Part shown: positions 60,064 through 64,000 of the stretch, one piece after another
Layout: every line of letters starts with the position of its first letter
How positions within the stretch are numbered: position 1 is the stretch's first letter
NCBI GenBank assembly: GCA_002269645.1
Contig: NIVC01000085.1
Span: forward strand, 806,001-870,000
DNA: 64,000 nt
From: Macrostomum lignano
Lineage: Eukaryota
Direction of reading: 5' to 3'
Notes under the pieces: model-generated
What the model saw: the letters and a program-made list of their open reading frames with translations, nothing else
Databases searched by the model: none
Told to the model about the DNA's origin: nothing
Program-made: the position numbers and the translations under genes

Positions 60064-61304
60064 GGGGGAGGGGGTTCACTAGGCCGAAATTTCACTTTGC
60101 CGAAAGCATCTTCCTTCACAAGACCGAAACTTCATTAGGCCGAAACTTCACTTTGCCGAAAAATCATTTAGCATAGTTTTTCTCTAGGCCGAAACTTCAC
60201 TTTGCCGAAAAAAACATTTTCACTAGGCCGAAACTTCACTTTGCCGAAAAAAACATTTTCACTAGGCCGAAACTTCACTTTGCCGAAAAAAAACATTTTC
60301 ACTAGGCCGAAACTTCACTTTGCCGAAAAAAACATTTTCACTAGGCCGAAACTTCACTTTGCCGAAAAAAACATTTTCACTAGGCCGAAACTTCACTTTG
60401 CCGAAAAAACATTTTCACTAGGCCGAAACTAACATGGTAACATTAAACTGAATCTTTAATCGTTAATAATTATTATCATTATATTATTATTATTATAATT
60501 ATTTTTATTGATTAATAACTAATCACTATTATTAATCATTAAACAGACCTTAGAGATCTAGAACTAGAACCTGCTAGATCCACGAGTCCTTGCACAGACC
60601 AATAACAGACAACAGGACCAGGCCTGCATAGGGCTCGTTCCCGCTAGCGGCTATAGACTGAAGGGTATGAGCGAGCAATTTAAGAAAGAAATGGGGAAGA
60701 TAGGAGAGACAATATGGGGGCATATAAAAAATCATATACTATTGTACATTGTCTTTTTGATACTAAAAACATACGGGTTGAATTTCACAGAAGCCAAAGA
60801 ATTAGAGACTAAGAGCCATGCATATTCTATGAATCGGAATCTAGGCAAATCTGCATACTTTCAAAGGAGCCTTAAAACAACATACGAGCACTCTACAACT
60901 CAAAAGTCCATCCGACTGGGACAGAAAATGCAATGAAAATAATAAGAAATCAAAGTTAACCCCAAATGAAGTCAGGAATGTCTAAAATATTCCATACAAA
61001 AAACTGAGTGACCATATCGTGCTCCCACTTTAGTAGCAGTAACACTTAGGTCAAAATAAAGAAACTGAAGCAGAGAAATCGTCACTGCTTGCTTGCGGTT
61101 CCATTTTGGACGCTTAAGTTCACATCCCCTTTCGACCATAGTAAGGAGGCTGCTAAAATGATTTTCGGCAATGTGAAGTTTCGGCCTAGTGAAGTTTCGG
61201 CCTTATGAAAGAGCGTGCTAGTCATTTCGGCAAAGTGAAGTTTCGGCCTAGTGAAAGAGGCTGCTTTTCGGCGAAGTGAAATTTCGGCCTAATGAAAGCG
61301 CCCC
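60064..61304. mobile_element. 1.24-kb non-autonomous TIR element (Mutator- or hAT-like) with 8-bp TSD
   Basis: Long inverted subterminal blocks TTCACTAGGCCGAAATTTCACTTTGCCGAAA; TSD CTGCCACC at 60056-60063 and 61305-61312; left subterminal unit tandemly amplified at 60180-60432. Confidence 0.88.
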
Positions 61305-61789
61305 CTGCCACCAGCTCCGCAGAGTTGCAGCCTTCGGTGAGGTGCCGAGCTCTTTGAAGCAAATAACTAAGACGAGAGAGAAAGTCAAGCACTTCGTGCG
61401 GATTTAGCAGCCCTCGAGCAGAAGCGTCCCTGCCGGGCGAGTGCGGGGTGAGAGCGATGGTGCTAGCTTCGGGCGATCTAAGCTGCACTGTTAATAGATA
61501 GCAGGAGCAATTAGAAGCAGGCACGCGCAAAGTCGGGAGACTGGGCAGTTCAACTTAAACACAACTTAGAGACTCGGGCTAGAGAGGCGGAACGGGAAGG
61601 ACGAAACGGAAAGATATAGAGGAGGACGCCGAAACGCTTGTCTGAGCCAAGCCATGAAGGGGGTCTGCATTTATAGAGGGAAATCGATTGCACCAAAAAA
61701 TGAAGGACCCCCCGTCGCGAGTCACCATAAAAACACTATGGAGATACAGAAGGATTGTAGAAGAAAGATTTTATCTCTATAGTGTTTTT

Positions 61790-62522
61790 AGGTCTTGTGA
61801 AATTTAGGTCTTGTGAAATTTAGGTCTTGTGAAATTTAGGTCCTGTGAAATTTAGGGCTTGTGAAATTTAGGTCCTGTGAAATTTAGGGCTTATGAAATT
61901 TACGGCTTATGACATTTACGGCTTATGAAATTTAGGGTTTGTGAAATTTAGGTCTTGTGAAATTTAGGTCTTGTGAAATTTAGGGCTTGTGAAATTTAGA
62001 TCTTGTGAAATTTACGGCTTATGAAATTTACGGCTTATGAAATTTAGGGCTTGTGAAATTTAGGTCCTGTGAAATTTAGGTCTTGTGAAATTTAGGTCTT
62101 GTGAAATTTAGGTCCTGTGAAATTTAGGGCTTGTGAAATTTAGGTCCTGTGAAATTTAGGGCTTATGAAATTTACGGCTTATGACATTTACGGCTTATGA
62201 AATTTAGGGTTTGTGAAATTTAGGTCTTGTGAAATTTAGGTCTTGTGAAATTTAGGGCTTGTGAAATTTAGATCTTGTGAAATTTACGGCTTATGAAATT
62301 TACGGCTTATGAAATTTAGGGCTTGTGAAATTTAGGTCCTGTGAAATTTAGGTCTTGTGAAATTTAGGTCTTGTGAAATTTAGGTCCTGTGAAATTTAGG
62401 TCTTGTGAAATTTAGGTCTTGTAAAATTTAGATCTTATGAAATTTACGGCTTATGAAATTTAGGGCTTGTGAAATTTAGGTCTTGTGAAATTCAGGTCTT
62501 GTGAAATTTAGGTCTTGTGAAA
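61790..62522. repeat. 16-bp minisatellite (GAAATTTAGGTCTTGT) with a 272-bp higher-order duplication
   Basis: The GACATTTA variant recurs at 61911 and 62183 (17 units apart). Confidence 0.95.
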
Positions 62523-63739
62523 TCTGCTGCATTGCTTATTTTTGACGTTGTGAAAATTAGGGTTTACGAAACGACCCTGCCAGAGGACAGGCGAGAAGGG
62601 ACAGACAACTGCCCAGCGGCAGACAGAAGCCTGGGGCGAGGGCGAAGGGAACAGCTGACTAGTGCGGCGCCTAACTAAAAAAACTATCGACTCACAACAC
62701 AACTCTGATCATAAATTTTTCTGATAGATCGAGTGGCCATGCAGACTTGGTAGACCGTTCAATAATTATCGATTCAGTTTTGCTCAGCTCAGTTGCGCTC
62801 TGTTTTCTTTCTCTAACAGAATTTTTTTCTTCTCAAATACAACACCAGTAACTTTGGGAATTGGAATTGTCTAGGCCCCCTACGGGTGCTCATAATAGCC
62901 TGCAAATGGTCTGCAAAAAAATATTGTACATGTATACGAGCGTAGCTATACTTATATGCTTTACTTCTTTGCAGTTGCGCTTCTGCTAAACGTTTCTATA
63001 CGAGTATAGCCACTGCCTTTACCCGATCAGGTTCATAAAAGTATACTCAATATTGCAGGGGGCAAGTGTTGTATTGTCACAAAGGGCATTACCCACAGAA
63101 TTTCTTAATAGAAAGAGAAGGCGCAACATTCAGAAGGAGGAGGACGCACTACTTCAAATATATCAGCCATGCCTTCAGACCTCGAGTCCCCAGCGGTGCC
63201 AGCAGCCGACGATGTCAGCGAGCAGCTCAGCAGCAGCCCGACAGTCACCTGCAGCCCCATCGTTGCGGCCTGGGACGCAGAGCCCATGCCAGTCTCGGGC
63301 AGATTGGCAGGTGGGGTCGTGAGCTTCTGCGATTGCTTAAGCATTACCGTAGTCTGAGACCTTTCCGACAGGCCCTGTCTGCATGCTGAAATTCTTTCTC
63401 CGGCTTTTCAGAGTCACTTTCGCAACATGATGGCGGCTGATCAGGGATTGCATCTGCATCACAATGTGTAAATTGATGTAGCTCGTATTGTAACTATAAG
63501 ACTCAATTGTTTGTACAGAAGAGATAGCATAAACTATTGGCTTTTCATTGCACACCCATCACCTAGATTCATTTATTAAATGTTAATAGTTAATGCATTC
63601 ACATGTAAACGTCAAAATTCATGTACATGCTCATATTGGTGATCAACAAAAAGTGACTAAAATACTGTTAGAGAACGATAAAGATGTGATTCACTGTGAT
63701 TCCATAAAATTACATGAAACTGCTCAATGTTAAATGAGG

Positions 63740-64000
63740 CGCAAAAATGAGTGCCTGCCTGCGGCGCCAAAATGAATGCCTGTGGCGCTAAAATGAGTGC
63801 CTGCCTGCGGCGCCAAAATGAATGCCTGTGGCGCTAAAATGAGTGCCTGCCTGCGGCGCCAAAATGAATGCTTGTGGCGCTAAAATGAGTGCCTGCCTGC
63901 GGCGCCAAAATGAGTGCCTGCCTGCGGCGCCAAAATGAGTGCCTGCCTGCGGCGCCAAAATGAGTTCCTGCCTGCGGCGCCAAAATGAGTGCCCTGCGGC
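63740..64000. repeat. 25-bp satellite (GGCGCCAAAATGAGTGCCTGCCTGC), runs off the window
   Basis: Same family as 55945-56645. Confidence 0.95.

Overview
Eukaryotic (metazoan) genomic DNA: GC-rich coding exons, AT-rich spacers, GT-AG introns and many tandem-repeat arrays. The style suggests a free-living flatworm such as Macrostomum, but that is an inference. Four intact spliced genes were reconstructed: RPS7 (+), a MARVEL-domain membrane protein (-), mitochondrial MnSOD (-) and a divergent beta-catenin (-). There is also an atonal-family bHLH gene with one frameshift and a decayed three-exon Lin-28 pseudogene. The most striking structure is a nested insertion in MARVEL intron 1. A 5'-truncated R2-type (RT-CCHC-RLE) retrotransposon is flanked on both sides by consecutive 18S rRNA sequence, so it appears to be 18S-targeted. 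This 18S/element cassette in turn splits the RT frame of an unrelated LINE, next to an EnSpm transposase relic. Other mobile DNA includes three TIR elements with 8-bp TSDs, a 2.9-kb CCCAG-TIR element, an intron-containing transposase-like gene and a Gypsy integrase relic that seeded a minisatellite. No CRISPR array or prokaryotic sequence was seen. All coordinates were read by eye, and repeat boundaries are approximate.
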